NCBI RefSeq assembly: GCF_006345805.1
Contig: NC_042999.1
Span: forward strand, 79,608,001-79,672,000
Direction: 5' to 3'
Length of the DNA: 64,000 nt
DNA from: Octopus sinensis
Taxonomy: Eukaryota
Shown: in pieces, positions 52,646 through 64,000 of the stretch
Layout: every line of letters starts with the position of its first letter
Numbering within the stretch: the stretch's first letter is position 1
Position numbers and translations under genes: made by a program
Notes under the pieces: generated by a model
What the model saw: only the letters and a program-made list of their open reading frames with translations
What the model was told of the DNA's origin: nothing
Database searches by the model: none

Positions 52646-52767
52646 ACAACAATAGCATCGTCCTCTATTGGACCATCGCATTTAGTTGTTACTACTGTTT
52701 AGTTCTCGCTCAGAGATTGCTTCTCCTTTTTCACGATCAGCTTATTAGTATTTTGCGTTTGGAATGA

Positions 52768-52863
52768 GTTCTCATCGCTAGCTTGTGATTATCACACACT
52801 GATGACGAGTTACTACTAAGAAACCCGGGTCTATGTTTATCACGTATGGCTAGTGATGGGAAC
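52768..52863 (+). ncRNA. Type I hammerhead-like motif with extended stem I
   Basis: CTGATGA at 52799 and GAAAC-CCGG-GTC at 52820-52831. The flanks gttctcatcgctagct / ggctagtgatgggaac pair over 16 positions (3 G-U). Stem II is damaged. Confidence 0.6.
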
Positions 52864-53995
52864 AATGATTTCCCTTCGCAAATACTAATCAGACACAGAC
52901 AATGTGTCATCAGCCAGCTTGAGGAGATGCCCTCCTGGGGCTATAAACAGTAGCATCATCCTCTATGGAAACGCTACCTTTAGTTGGCAAATAAGCTTCA
53001 CAATATATACATATATGTATGTATACATTATGTAACTATTCATTTACATGTATGTGTATGCTTATGTATGTGTGTATGCGTATGCGTGCGTGTGCATACA
53101 TATTTTGACCCAGGATAAAACGCTAGAGCACAAAAAAACTTGTTTTCACCAAATCTGTTGGCACCAGGTAAACACAAGCACGAATACATACAAACACCCC
53201 CTCCACCGCCACACAGACACACACACAAGCACACATAGACACACGCGTGCACACACACACACACGAAGGTGGAGATATTTAAACTATATCAGTCGGACAA
53301 GAGGTATCTTACACACATTGATATTTTTGTCGAATAACTCACCACTTTTCCCAATCAACCGTCATTCTACAGATGCCTATCTTATTCTTTTCCTTCAGTT
53401 TTTCCTTCCCTCAGATATTTCCTTTCTCTCCCACTTCGCTCTACTCTGCCTCCCTCTCATCCCCCCCTCTCTCTCTCTCTCTCTCATTGTTACTATTTTA
53501 CTGTTTTCTTAATTTCTCGTCTTAATTCTTCCCGTCGGTCTAATCTAATTTTAATTTAACTTCATCTAGCTTCTGTTGTTATTACTTTCCTATAATCATA
53601 TTAGACGTATTCTCAGATGAGTTTCAAAAGTGTTGAAAATACAATTTCTGAGGTGTTTTTCCCCTTCCTGTCCTTCGTAGAGAAAAAAACTCCCTCCCTT
53701 TCTCTCTCTCTCTATTTATCACTCATTCTATCACTTACTTTCTTTCTCACCCTCTCGATCATTCTCTCTCTCTCTACGTCTGTCTGATATATGCATGCAT
53801 ATGTACATGCATACGCACATCTCTCCACACACATACTGATACGAACTTACACACAAACATTCCTATGTATATGCACACACACACATTCACACATATATAT
53901 GTATATGCACATATATATGTATGTGTCAAAATACATGTATATATACATAAACTATATATAGATATTTATATATACATATATATATATATATGCAT

Positions 53996-54061
<66 letters not shown>

Positions 54062-54114
54062 ATATGAACATATGTATATGGATATAAATGTGTATATATA
54101 TATATATATATACA

Positions 54115-54145
<31 letters not shown>

Positions 54146-54608
54146 GAATGCGAATGTGAATGCGAATATACATACATAAATACATAGAAATATGCATATT
54201 AATTCAAATATGTATGCGTCGTTTTCATCCTTACACTTTCATTTTTTTGCATTTTATGTTAGGAAAAAGAAATTGCAAAGTAAGGTTAAGACAATTGTGA
54301 GAAATTACAGTCCTTCTCACACCCCAATGCAAAAAAAAACAAAAGCAAAAAAAAAAAAATACAAGAACAACAATTAGAAAAAATTAGAAAAAAAGAAACG
54401 TATCTAAGTAAAATATATTGTAAATAAACGTTCTCAATATACTGAATTTAAGTTTAAACGGTAGTGACAATATTTCTCTTGTATTAATTTATTAATTATT
54501 TCAATCTATATATTTATTTAATTAAGCAATATTCACACGGAATTATACTCGACAAAAAATGAGTCTAAAAATAAACATTTATCAACGTATATGTGTATAC
54601 ATACATGC

Positions 54609-54640
<32 letters not shown>

Positions 54641-54841
54641 ATATATTTGGATATATATGTGTCTATATATATGTGTGTATGTGTATGGTATATACATATA
54701 TACGTACATATATATAGCATATGTATATATTTATATTCATATATACATGTGTGTGAATATGTGTATGTATGCATGCATACACACACAGACTCGTTCACAC
54801 ACAGATACATATACATGTATATGTGTGTGTCCTTGTTTAAT

Positions 54842-54926
<85 letters not shown>

Positions 54927-55137
54927 ATATTCATATATATATATTCATATATATATATACATATACAAATATATAATAATAATAATCATAAAGTACATTC
55001 TATTGTATATATCACTACATATGTAGAAAAAACACTAGATTTAAAATGGAGGATTTTATGAAAGCCAGAAATGTAAATACGATATTGAAAAAATATGTAG
55101 TAGCGACTAGTAAAACCGATGATTAGTGTGTCATATC

Positions 55138-55213
<76 letters not shown>

Positions 55214-55464
55214 TGTGTGTGTGTGTGTGTGTGTTAAATAAAATGAGGCAATATAACTAAGGGTGTGTGGAATTTGATGTTTTGTTGTCTCGTTTAATTT
55301 AACATTTACATGCTCGCACAAGACCCGCATTAGACTCTTCACTCGTATTATTAGCGAACCGAGAGTCTAACTACGGTCCTCCCGTAGGCTTACATAGCCT
55401 TACCTGCCATCTTGGGTCTCCTGGATACCAATACCTCTCATATATATATATAGTTCGTGGAGAG

Positions 55465-56120
55465 ACACAGGCCAAGCTCTTGTTATAATTATGTATATAA
55501 TAATAAAATATTTATAAAATTTACGCATGAGGCTTTATTTCCGCGCTGACCCCCTAGTAAAAATCATTAATGACTTTTAGCCTTTATTATTGTTATAATT
55601 AATATTTGAAAAACAAAATTTACTCCTTGATCAAAACTTTATTAACTGCAGACTTGAATTTTAACACTCTGCACGTGGCTATTAGCGAAGGATATGAATT
55701 CTACTTCGCAGTATATCTCTGCGAATCTCGAAGGATATAAGCTATGCGAAGACGCAGCTCGCTTACATATTCGTGGTCACTCGTATATTTATGCCTTGGA
55801 ATACCGACGCTGATGAAGGCAATAGGAATTGTTTTATTACTTTAAGCCCGAAACACGATCATGTACGCGGTTAACCTAAGTTTTAATTCATTTTCTTTCT
55901 TCTGCTAGCCTATTATTTTGTGCGTTTTCCTCGGAGAATTTATGGTGGTTATAGTGTCTTTTGACGTCTATTTTTCAGTGGGTGGTGAGGCACAAGCCAA
56001 GCCCTTGTTATAATTATGTAATTGATTATAAAATATTTATAAAATTTACCTGTGAGCTTTTATTTCCGAGCTGACCATCTAGTAAAAATCATTAATGATT
56101 TTTACCGTTTATTATTATAC
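55465..56120 (+). repeat. ~125-bp direct repeats (55465-55592 and 55988-56120) bracketing a degenerate hammerhead
   Basis: Both copies read gccaagc(t/c)cttgttataattatgta...ctagtaaaaatcattaatga. Confidence 0.75.
55803..55871 (+). ncRNA. Degenerate hammerhead-like motif
   Basis: CTGATGA at 55810; ggcaata...tatt...gcc; GAAACACGATC; accg/cggt distal stem I. Confidence 0.4.
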
Positions 56121-56294
56121 ATAAAAAGATGTGTATTTAGCTCTGTGTTAAATACTCGAGCATTATAAACTTTTATGCTAGATTTCTGGGACTCGAAGGT
56201 TCATGAATACGAAGATCAGCAAGTACTTAATCACAGATCAAATACCAATAACACTCCGCCAAATTTCACTAAAACAATAACCTTATAAAACACA

Positions 56295-56329
<35 letters not shown>

Positions 56330-56347
56330 ACACACACACACACACAC

Positions 56348-56401
<54 letters not shown>

Positions 56402-56481
56402 ATCTATCTATCTATCTATCTATCTATTTATCTTTCTTTCTATGGCTACACATACAAACATACATGTATATATATATATAT

Positions 56482-56528
<47 letters not shown>

Positions 56529-57627
56529 CCTACATATATATGCATGTACATATGAAAATATACCCACAAGGATACATAATATCTCTGTGCAGATGTAAAA
56601 TGCACCCATAATTAAATACTCGTACAGGCAATCACACATATATATTCAGAGAGAGGGGAATGAAACAGCGACAGAGAAAGTGAGATTTGAATAGATAGAG
56701 CCGTCTCGGGTGTAATGCTTTGCACTGGAGAGGTAAAGATCAATAAATACATAAGAAATAACGGAACAACTTCGGTAGAGAAAACCTCAAGCACTGTTGC
56801 AGAGTAGAGTAGAATCCATGACTAGAGATACACATAAGTGACACAAACAAGACGGAAACATTTTACCATTATATAAGAAGAGAAACGACTGAACATTGAT
56901 CTGTGCGTAATTGATATTTTCAATGCATGTTGAAGTACTTAGAGACTACCGACTTCGAAAATACTTTATGAGAAAGTTCAAATATATATCTTTCATAAAT
57001 TATTGATACACAAAATAAAAATATGTTTCTGAAATGTTAATATTTTAATAAGTTGCCTGGATGCATGAATTGCATGACCGACGGAATCTATTTTATCTTA
57101 ATCTACTGTATTCTCTTATTGAATGCTGGGGCATCGCATTGAAGTCCTTATTGGAACAAATAAATATCTATGTTTTTATGTTTGATATGTATTCTAGAAG
57201 TATCTTTTGCCGAACCGCTACACAGGTAGACAAACGGTGATGGACAAACAAAAACATGCATGCAACCTCACTCTCCACAAGCCCATATATATCATTCTTT
57301 TCTTCTACTTTAGACACAAGTTCTGAAATTTTTTCAAGAAAAAGATTAGTCGATTATATCGACCCTAGCCGTCAACAGGTACGTATTTTATCGACCCCGG
57401 GAGGATGAAAGGGAAAGTAAAATTTGAACTCAGGTTGCAAAACCGGAATAAATGTTGTTCTATATTTAAGAGATGAGGAATTATGTACGTTCTTTACATT
57501 ATTTACATTTGACAGATATTTGTTCTCATCTTGTTTGGTGTAGTGGTTAAGAGCGCGGGCTGCTAACCCCAAGATTCCAAGTTCGATTCCAGGCAGTGAC
57601 TTGCATAATAATAATAATAATAATAAT

Positions 57628-58095
57628 GGTATAAAAGATCGGCTACAGCAAATATTCTGCTCAATTCCACAGGTTTGCTTTTCAGTTGTTTGACTTTAAC
57701 CAGTTGAATATGTCCCTTGGTGTCTGACAATATGTGTATCTCTGATCATGAGCAGAAGCAGTGGGGGAGCATCATAGCCATGTGTTGAGAGGGATTATTG
57801 GGGGTTTCAATAATTCACCTCTGGAAACATAGGTGTTTCGTTCAACATCCTCTAACAACCCTTACTCAGGGACCTTTTGAGCGGATGGGTTACTCGACCA
57901 GAAGAAAATTCGAACTGGGTCCTACCTGCAAGGTCATGTGCTGTTTATCTTGATATGAGATCACCATGTCGCGCACATATGGTTGTGATACATGTGCCTG
58001 GTGTACCCTTATCAGACGGGTAGTCATGATGTGTATGCTGGGCTTCGTATATTTTACCCCAGTATCACTTTGATGGCATGCACTGTTCTCTCACT
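57628..58095 (+). mobile_element. Repeat family D inserted in an (AAT)n tract; partial second copy at 61475-61640 (minus)
   Basis: 57930-58085 matches the reverse complement of 61475-61640. It ends in an (aac/aat)n tail. Confidence 0.65.
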
Positions 58096-58174
58096 CAACA
58101 ACAACAACAACAATAATAATAATAACATCGAAAAATACCTTAGGAATGAGAACCCATGTTCGAAATTTCTCCAA

Positions 58175-58220
58175 GATACCTGATGAAGGCTGGAGGTTAT
58201 ATCAGCCGAAACGTTGTGAT
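58175..58220 (+). ncRNA. Minimal type I hammerhead-like motif (family C)
   Basis: gatac-CTGATGA-a-ggctg(gaggttatat)cagcc-GAAAC-GTT-gtgat. Confidence 0.65.
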
Positions 58221-59300
58221 AACAACAAGCAAGATGAGGACCAATATCCGTTAAATGTAAATAATGTTAAAAACGGAATAAATACTGCTAAGCATTTTAT
58301 CCAACGTACAAACGTTTCTACAAGCTACCCACCTTTTGAGTAACAATGAGGGAAAATGCTTGCTTTACTAATCATAAAAAAGCTTCAAACAACCAAGGTA
58401 ACTGCATGAAAAATTTAGTTTCCTTTCTTTTCCGTGTATTTTCATCTTCATTGATTTCTTCATTTTAATATACCTTACAATGATTGTAGAAGCATTATAT
58501 ATTGGAATATGTCATCTCATAAAAGCACTTGATAGAGAAAATTTATAGCTGAAAAACAAACAAGCGAAAAAAAAAAGAAAACGTAAACTATAGTAACTTG
58601 AGTATGTTTTTTTCTATGGATGAAAGTGAGAATACACGCGTGTATGTATGTGTGTATGTATGTATTATGTGTGTGTATATGTATGTATGTCTGTAAACAT
58701 GTATGCATGTACGTATGTATGTATGCATGTACGTATGTATGTATGTTTGAATGCATGGATGAGTGATGCATTTGTGTGCCTACAGCTGGGATATCCAGTA
58801 TTAATAAATTTGCGCCTAAGTATGTTATATCGCTGGATATTAATAATTGTCTATCTATCTATCTCTCTATCTATCTATCTATCTCTGTATAATACACGCA
58901 CACACACATGTATATACTTACCACATGTCTAACTGCAGCGGAGCAATTTAGCAAGCTTGCCAGCTATTTACGTAAAAGATTAAGCATTATTATCTATATG
59001 CGTGAATGTGTATCTCAGGCTTTGTGTTTTTATTCATGTGTAAAAAGAAAATGATTGACAGTCATTGTTATTGGGTATAAGGTTTGGCATGTATATTAAA
59101 CGAAAAACAAGCTGAGACAACCTTTTTAATAACGTTACGAATGTGCGCATAAAACGGGAATTTTGTGTCTCAATGCATATTATTCTTACGCGAGTGTGTG
59201 GTTGTATATATATATATATATATTATATATATATATACACACACATACTCACACACTCGGCACACTCACAAACGCACGCACACATATATATATATTATAT

Positions 59301-59334
<34 letters not shown>

Positions 59335-59386
59335 CATATATACATATAGGTATATATATATAATATATATATATATATTATATATA

Positions 59387-59419
<33 letters not shown>

Positions 59420-59444
59420 CACAAATATACATATACATATAGGT

Positions 59445-59506
<62 letters not shown>

Positions 59507-59747
59507 TACATATACGTACACATATATACACGTACATATATACACGCATATATATATATATATATATTAGTTCAGCAAAATTTAGATTTAGATGAATAAG
59601 GTACTTAAGTTAAAGGCACCAGAATATGGTATGGTATTATCCATATAAATCAAATGGTGTGATTATAATCAAAATAAGCAACAAGGATATACAAAGGTAG
59701 TGTAGTACAATCGTTTCATGCTACTTCATTTAATTAAACAATTTAAG

Positions 59748-59791
<44 letters not shown>

Positions 59792-60325
59792 TCTTTAATA
59801 AGACAAAATCGAACACATACACACGTGTGTTGTTAGTTCGTGGGTCGGCTGCGTTTTAGGCGTAAGAAAGTATATATTCTCAATGCACTTGGTGTTAAAA
59901 ACACCTAAAAGAAAGTCATAGGCAAGTTAGGCATCTCACAGTAAGTCCCTTGCCTAGGTGATAAACATCGATATTTCGTCATGTTTGTGACTCTCCAATG
60001 GTCCGTATCTAACATGATCTGCTGCAAGCCATATCGCCGACTATGGCTATATGCTAACTGGTTTCTAATCCATCTACTGGTATGTCCGTCCCAACGGGCA
60101 AAAAATGAAATAGTGTTGACAATGACTTCAAAGTTTCGGTCTGTTTAGCCTTCAGCGGATTGTCAACATTATTCTTGTTAAAGAACGATAAATATAAGCG
60201 AAATAGTTAGTTCTCAAATCTCTATAAAAGATAGAAGTAGAAACTCTGTTAAAAAGTAATGTTTGTTAACACTTCAACATGGCTGTTCCGTACTGAATGA
60301 TGTTACTACTCCTTTTTAACCGCAG

Positions 60326-60442
60326 CAGAATACTTTCTCCAGCTGGTTAACGATATAACCGGTGTCCAATATATTGTGAGCAGTGGTGCGAACCCTACTG
60401 TCTACCGGTTTGATAGGAACAGTATACCAATCAAGTTCAAGG
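60326..60442 (+). CDS. Candidate internal coding exon (117 nt, phase 1-1), product unknown
   Basis: Acceptor ctcctttttaaccgcag, donor AGG|gtattt. Only one frame is open: EYFLQLVNDITGVQYIVSSGANPTVYRFDRNSIPIKFK. No homology recognised. Confidence 0.25.
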
Positions 60443-60651
60443 GTATTTGCACTTCGTCAGTACTGGACACCTGTCCGCTAGAGATAGCTCGCAATATATA
60501 GACAACTTAGTGACATTCAATCGCTGATCTTGCAACAAGCAAAGTAGCTACTTCTAGAATCTCTATAATAAATATGTATTCTACAAAAAGGATTAGGAAA
60601 TCCTTCAGTTTAATTGAAATTGTTTTTATCATAACTTGACGTAAAAACTGG

Positions 60652-60727
<76 letters not shown>

Positions 60728-60782
60728 ATCTATCTATCTATCTATCTATCTATCTACCTATCTATCTATCTATCCATCTATC

Positions 60783-60855
<73 letters not shown>

Positions 60856-60886
60856 GTCTGTCTGTCTCTGTCTCTCTCTCTTTCTG

Positions 60887-60925
<39 letters not shown>

Positions 60926-60954
60926 TGTCTGTCTCTGTCTCTCTCTCTTTCTGT

Positions 60955-60988
<34 letters not shown>

Positions 60989-61000
60989 ATATATATATAT

Positions 61001-61032
<32 letters not shown>

Positions 61033-61129
61033 AAGCGAGAGTGAGAGAGAGATAAAGGGAGGTCGGGAGGAATTTTATTTATTCATTAAATGTAGGATGG
61101 AGTTGATTTTTCTAGTAATGAAATTGTTG

Positions 61130-61203
<74 letters not shown>

Positions 61204-61474
61204 ATTGTTATTATTACATGTTTGGGCTTTGCTTTGTATTTGTACAAGTTGACTCTTATTCAGAGACCCCCAAGAGTCAACAAGCTAGAAGTTCAGGTTG
61301 ATATTATGACCAAGGTGCCGTATTTCGGGTTTTGCACAGTGTATTGTTCTAGAGAATGTCTTTCAAAACCAGAAAATTGGAGGTTTGTTCAAATGATAGT
61401 GTGATCTCGAGATGACAGTAAAAGGCGTGTGTTATTATGTACATTTAAAAGTACTTTTGACAATGTTATTATTA

Positions 61475-61640
61475 TAGAGTGAAAGATCAACGCATGCAAT
61501 CAAAGTGACACGAATAAAATATATGAAGCCCAATATATCCATCATGAATACCCGTCTGATTAGGGTACACCAGGCAGATGCATCACAACCATATGTGTGT
61601 AATATGGTGATCTCATATCAAGATAACTAGAGCATGAACT
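61475..61640 (-). mobile_element. Repeat family D, 3' fragment
   Basis: Reverse complement of 57930-58085. Confidence 0.65.
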
Positions 61641-61988
61641 TGCACAATGATTTTTTGTATAAAATACAAGAGTAGACTAATCAAGGAAAAAATGAAGTAC
61701 ACGAGGATTAAACGTTGTATATTATTTTTTCTGGCATTAGCAGTTCTACAAGATGTACCAGGATTTCCGTCATCCTTTGTGGGCAACAGAAGAGCATGCC
61801 AACAGCACGTCATTATGACCAAGAATTCATTGTAATGATGAGAACATGAAGGCCTTGAAACTTTAATAGACATAGGTTTCAAAATATTATTGTTCTGAAC
61901 TAATAAGGAAGTATGAAAATCCACAATAAAAAAGATAAAACTAGAATATCGTCTTGTCCTTCATATTAACTTTGCAAGAAAAGGCGTT

Positions 61989-62023
<35 letters not shown>

Positions 62024-62129
62024 ACACCCAGACTCACACGTACGCAGGCACACATGCGCACTAATTATATATAAAAGTATTCATGGTAATACACACACAG
62101 TCACAATATATGCACTCATACACTTGGAA

Positions 62130-62900
62130 TTTTGAAACATTATTTTATTTATCTAGTTTTATATGTTTACACTTTTATCGCCTTCAAAATACTCTTCCTT
62201 TGAAGCAATGCTTCGGTCCAGATACGTTTTTCCCCGTTCGAAGCAGTCCTGGAAATCTTGCAAAGTGATGCCGTTTAACGCCTCCTTCCTCTTCCACATC
62301 TGCAAAATGTTTTCCTTTAAGGATTTTTCTCATTCGGAGAACAAAAGAAGTCGCAAACAAAAGAGCAAGATCGGGTGAATATGGAAGGTGGGTAAGCGGG
62401 GTCACGCATTTTTGGTCAAAAACTGTCTCACACTGAGGCGGTGTGCTCAGGCGCATTGCCGTGACGAAATCACCACTCTCCACTTTGCCTTTGTCGAGAC
62501 GTTTTAGTCTCACCGTGTCTCGCAAATGCCTCAGAACTACCTAATAAAATGTCCGATTAACAGTTTGACCAGGAGGAACTAATTATGTGTGGACTATTCC
62601 TTTCACATCGATGAAACAAATCAGCATCGTGTTGACATTGGAATTCATTTGACTCGCTTTTGAGGAGCATGGTGACATCGAATGCTTCTATTGACTGGAT
62701 TACTGCATTACTGCATCGTTTCCCGGTCGAAGTTGTAGTACCAGCTTTCGCCATCAGTGATGCATCTTCCAACTGTTCTTTCAGTTCACGACACGCACTC
62801 AGGCGTGCCTGCTTTTGATCTTCCGTAAGTCAGTGATGCAAGAATTTTGCTGCTACTCTTTTCGTTCGCAATTCCTCGCTCAAAATCCGTAGGCAGGAGC
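62130..62900 (-). mobile_element. Mariner transposase relic, catalytic and C-terminal part
   Basis: ILSEELRTKRVAAKF, ITDGESW, TMLICFIDVKGIVH, LVPPGQTVN, HLPYSPDLA, LKGKHFADVEE. Confidence 0.88.
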
Positions 62901-63103
62901 TCCACGACACACCAGTCATATCAAGTTCCAAACTTCTCAGCTGACAGAAATGGGTAATTCTGCGCAAGAGTCTACCACATAGTGGTCACTCTTTTATATT
63001 TGTGTATAAATTTTTATTGCATCCCTGGTTTTTATGCGCTAAGCCACTTGGTGTTAAATTGATGGTATTATTAAATTAATATCCAATTTTTCACCCTTAT
63101 TTT

Positions 63104-63155
<52 letters not shown>

Positions 63156-63185
63156 AGAAAGAGAGAGAGAGTTTCAAGTATAATA

Positions 63186-63790
63186 TACGATGTGCGCTCC
63201 AAAAGTACTCTCCCGCACATTTTCGCGCGGGTAGGCCGCGTCAGTTCCCGTAGTTACACCTAGAGCACAGACGTGTTTGGGCGCTCGTTGGATTTTCGTT
63301 TATGCCGAACACGTCGAGCAGAGACACTGCATCGACTTTTGCCGAAAACTTTGTGATACTCAAGCTCAAATTATCCAGATTACTCAAAAGGCCTTTGGCG
63401 AGGTTGACATAGGTAAATTCGGATTAATGTGTGGTACAACAACTTCAAACATGGCTGCATCTCAGTGGATAGCGCGGTAGGCTCAATAAGGCCATCTGCA
63501 AGTCCAAACGAGGAACCGAATGAGAAGGCTTTGGCGAATAGGTCATGGAAAACTGTCGTGTAACAATCCAGGAAATTGCTCACAAAATTGATGTAAGCAC
63601 AAGATTAGTGCATTCAATTTTAACGAAAGATTTGTGCATGTGGAGACTGTCGGCGAAATTCGTGCCTAAGGTGCTGGTGGAGCAGCGTAAGCAACTCCGA
63701 TTAGAATTCGCACAGGATATGCTGGATTGTGAAAACCACGACACAGGTTTCATAAAAACCATCATCACTGGTGATGTGACATGAATTTAT
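63186..63790 (+). mobile_element. Mariner relic, 5' TIR and N-terminal transposase
   Basis: tacgatgtgcgctccaaaagt; EQRHCIDFC, RVTIQEIA, SAKFVPKVL, IITGD. Confidence 0.88.
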
Positions 63791-63986
63791 GAGCCCCACC
63801 TCGATGCACTCTGTCATCTTGCGTACAAACGAAAATCCGACAAGCGCGCACAACACGTCCGTACACTTGGCGTAAGAGGAAGCGCAGTGCAGGAAGGGTA
63901 GCGTCACCTCCCACTCAGAGAATTTCTGCCCACGCTGCATTAGTTTTGGCGGGAAAAAGCCAAGTATTTTCTGAACGCACTTTGTA
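63790..63986 (-). mobile_element. 5' end of a related mariner in inverted orientation
   Basis: Reverse complement tacaaagtgcgttcagaaaata...ggacgtgttgtgcgcgcttgtcggattttcgttt...atgacagag parallels 63186-63340. Confidence 0.7.
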
Positions 63987-64000
63987 TTTATACACATGTA

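Larger units (their letters stand above)
57455..58275 (+). mobile_element. Rearranged family C element: inverted tail, tRNA head, insertion, hammerhead body
   Basis: Reverse-complement tail at 57455-57535, head at 57538-57600, (aat)n, and body at 58100-58275. Confidence 0.75.

Noticed and set aside
52880-52915. Minus-strand CTGATGA followed by a cac/gtg stem
   Set aside because: No GAAA follows the stem.
55330-55420. Twister-like reading of the minus strand (taa...gtaagcc...ggag)
   Set aside because: It is too short, and the required P2 and pseudoknot pairings are absent.
57538-57600. tRNA gene calls at SINE heads (also 20900-20965, 39075 and 40650-40719)
   Set aside because: A/B boxes are present, but there is no complete cloverleaf or acceptor stem, and each continues into a repeat body.
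61613-61924. Minus-strand ORF with DDG resembling a Tc1 catalytic motif
   Set aside because: It lacks the H and the downstream SPDLNPIE motifs.

Overview
AT-rich, microsatellite-saturated metazoan DNA. The SINE families and repeat style suggest an octopus/cephalopod genome, which is inference only. No intact host gene is recognisable; most ORFs in the supplied track are microsatellite or SINE artefacts. The window is a mosaic of decayed transposons: a Tc1 (DD34E), several mariner relics, a foldback MITE, LINE fragments (RTE, CR1-like, L1/Tx1-like, R4/Dong-like), a 5'-truncated Penelope-like element (RT + GIY-YIG), Helentron/HINE-like non-autonomous elements, and four or five tRNA-derived SINE families. 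The most unusual signals are: (1) about eight hammerhead-ribozyme-like motifs (CUGANGA-N-stem II-GAAAC-palindromic stem III), including one in a tRNA-headed SINE-like family with Penelope-style inversions, one with a long stem I, and one bracketed by ~125-bp direct repeats; (2) a SINE whose ~50-nt tail matches a LINE 3' end in the same window; (3) a HINE-like element enclosing an L1/Tx1 RT fragment; (4) a 230-bp-arm inverted repeat. One candidate coding exon (60326-60442) and one candidate promoter (~39400-39700) are weakly supported. All motif calls were made by eye, and coordinates are approximate to a few bases.
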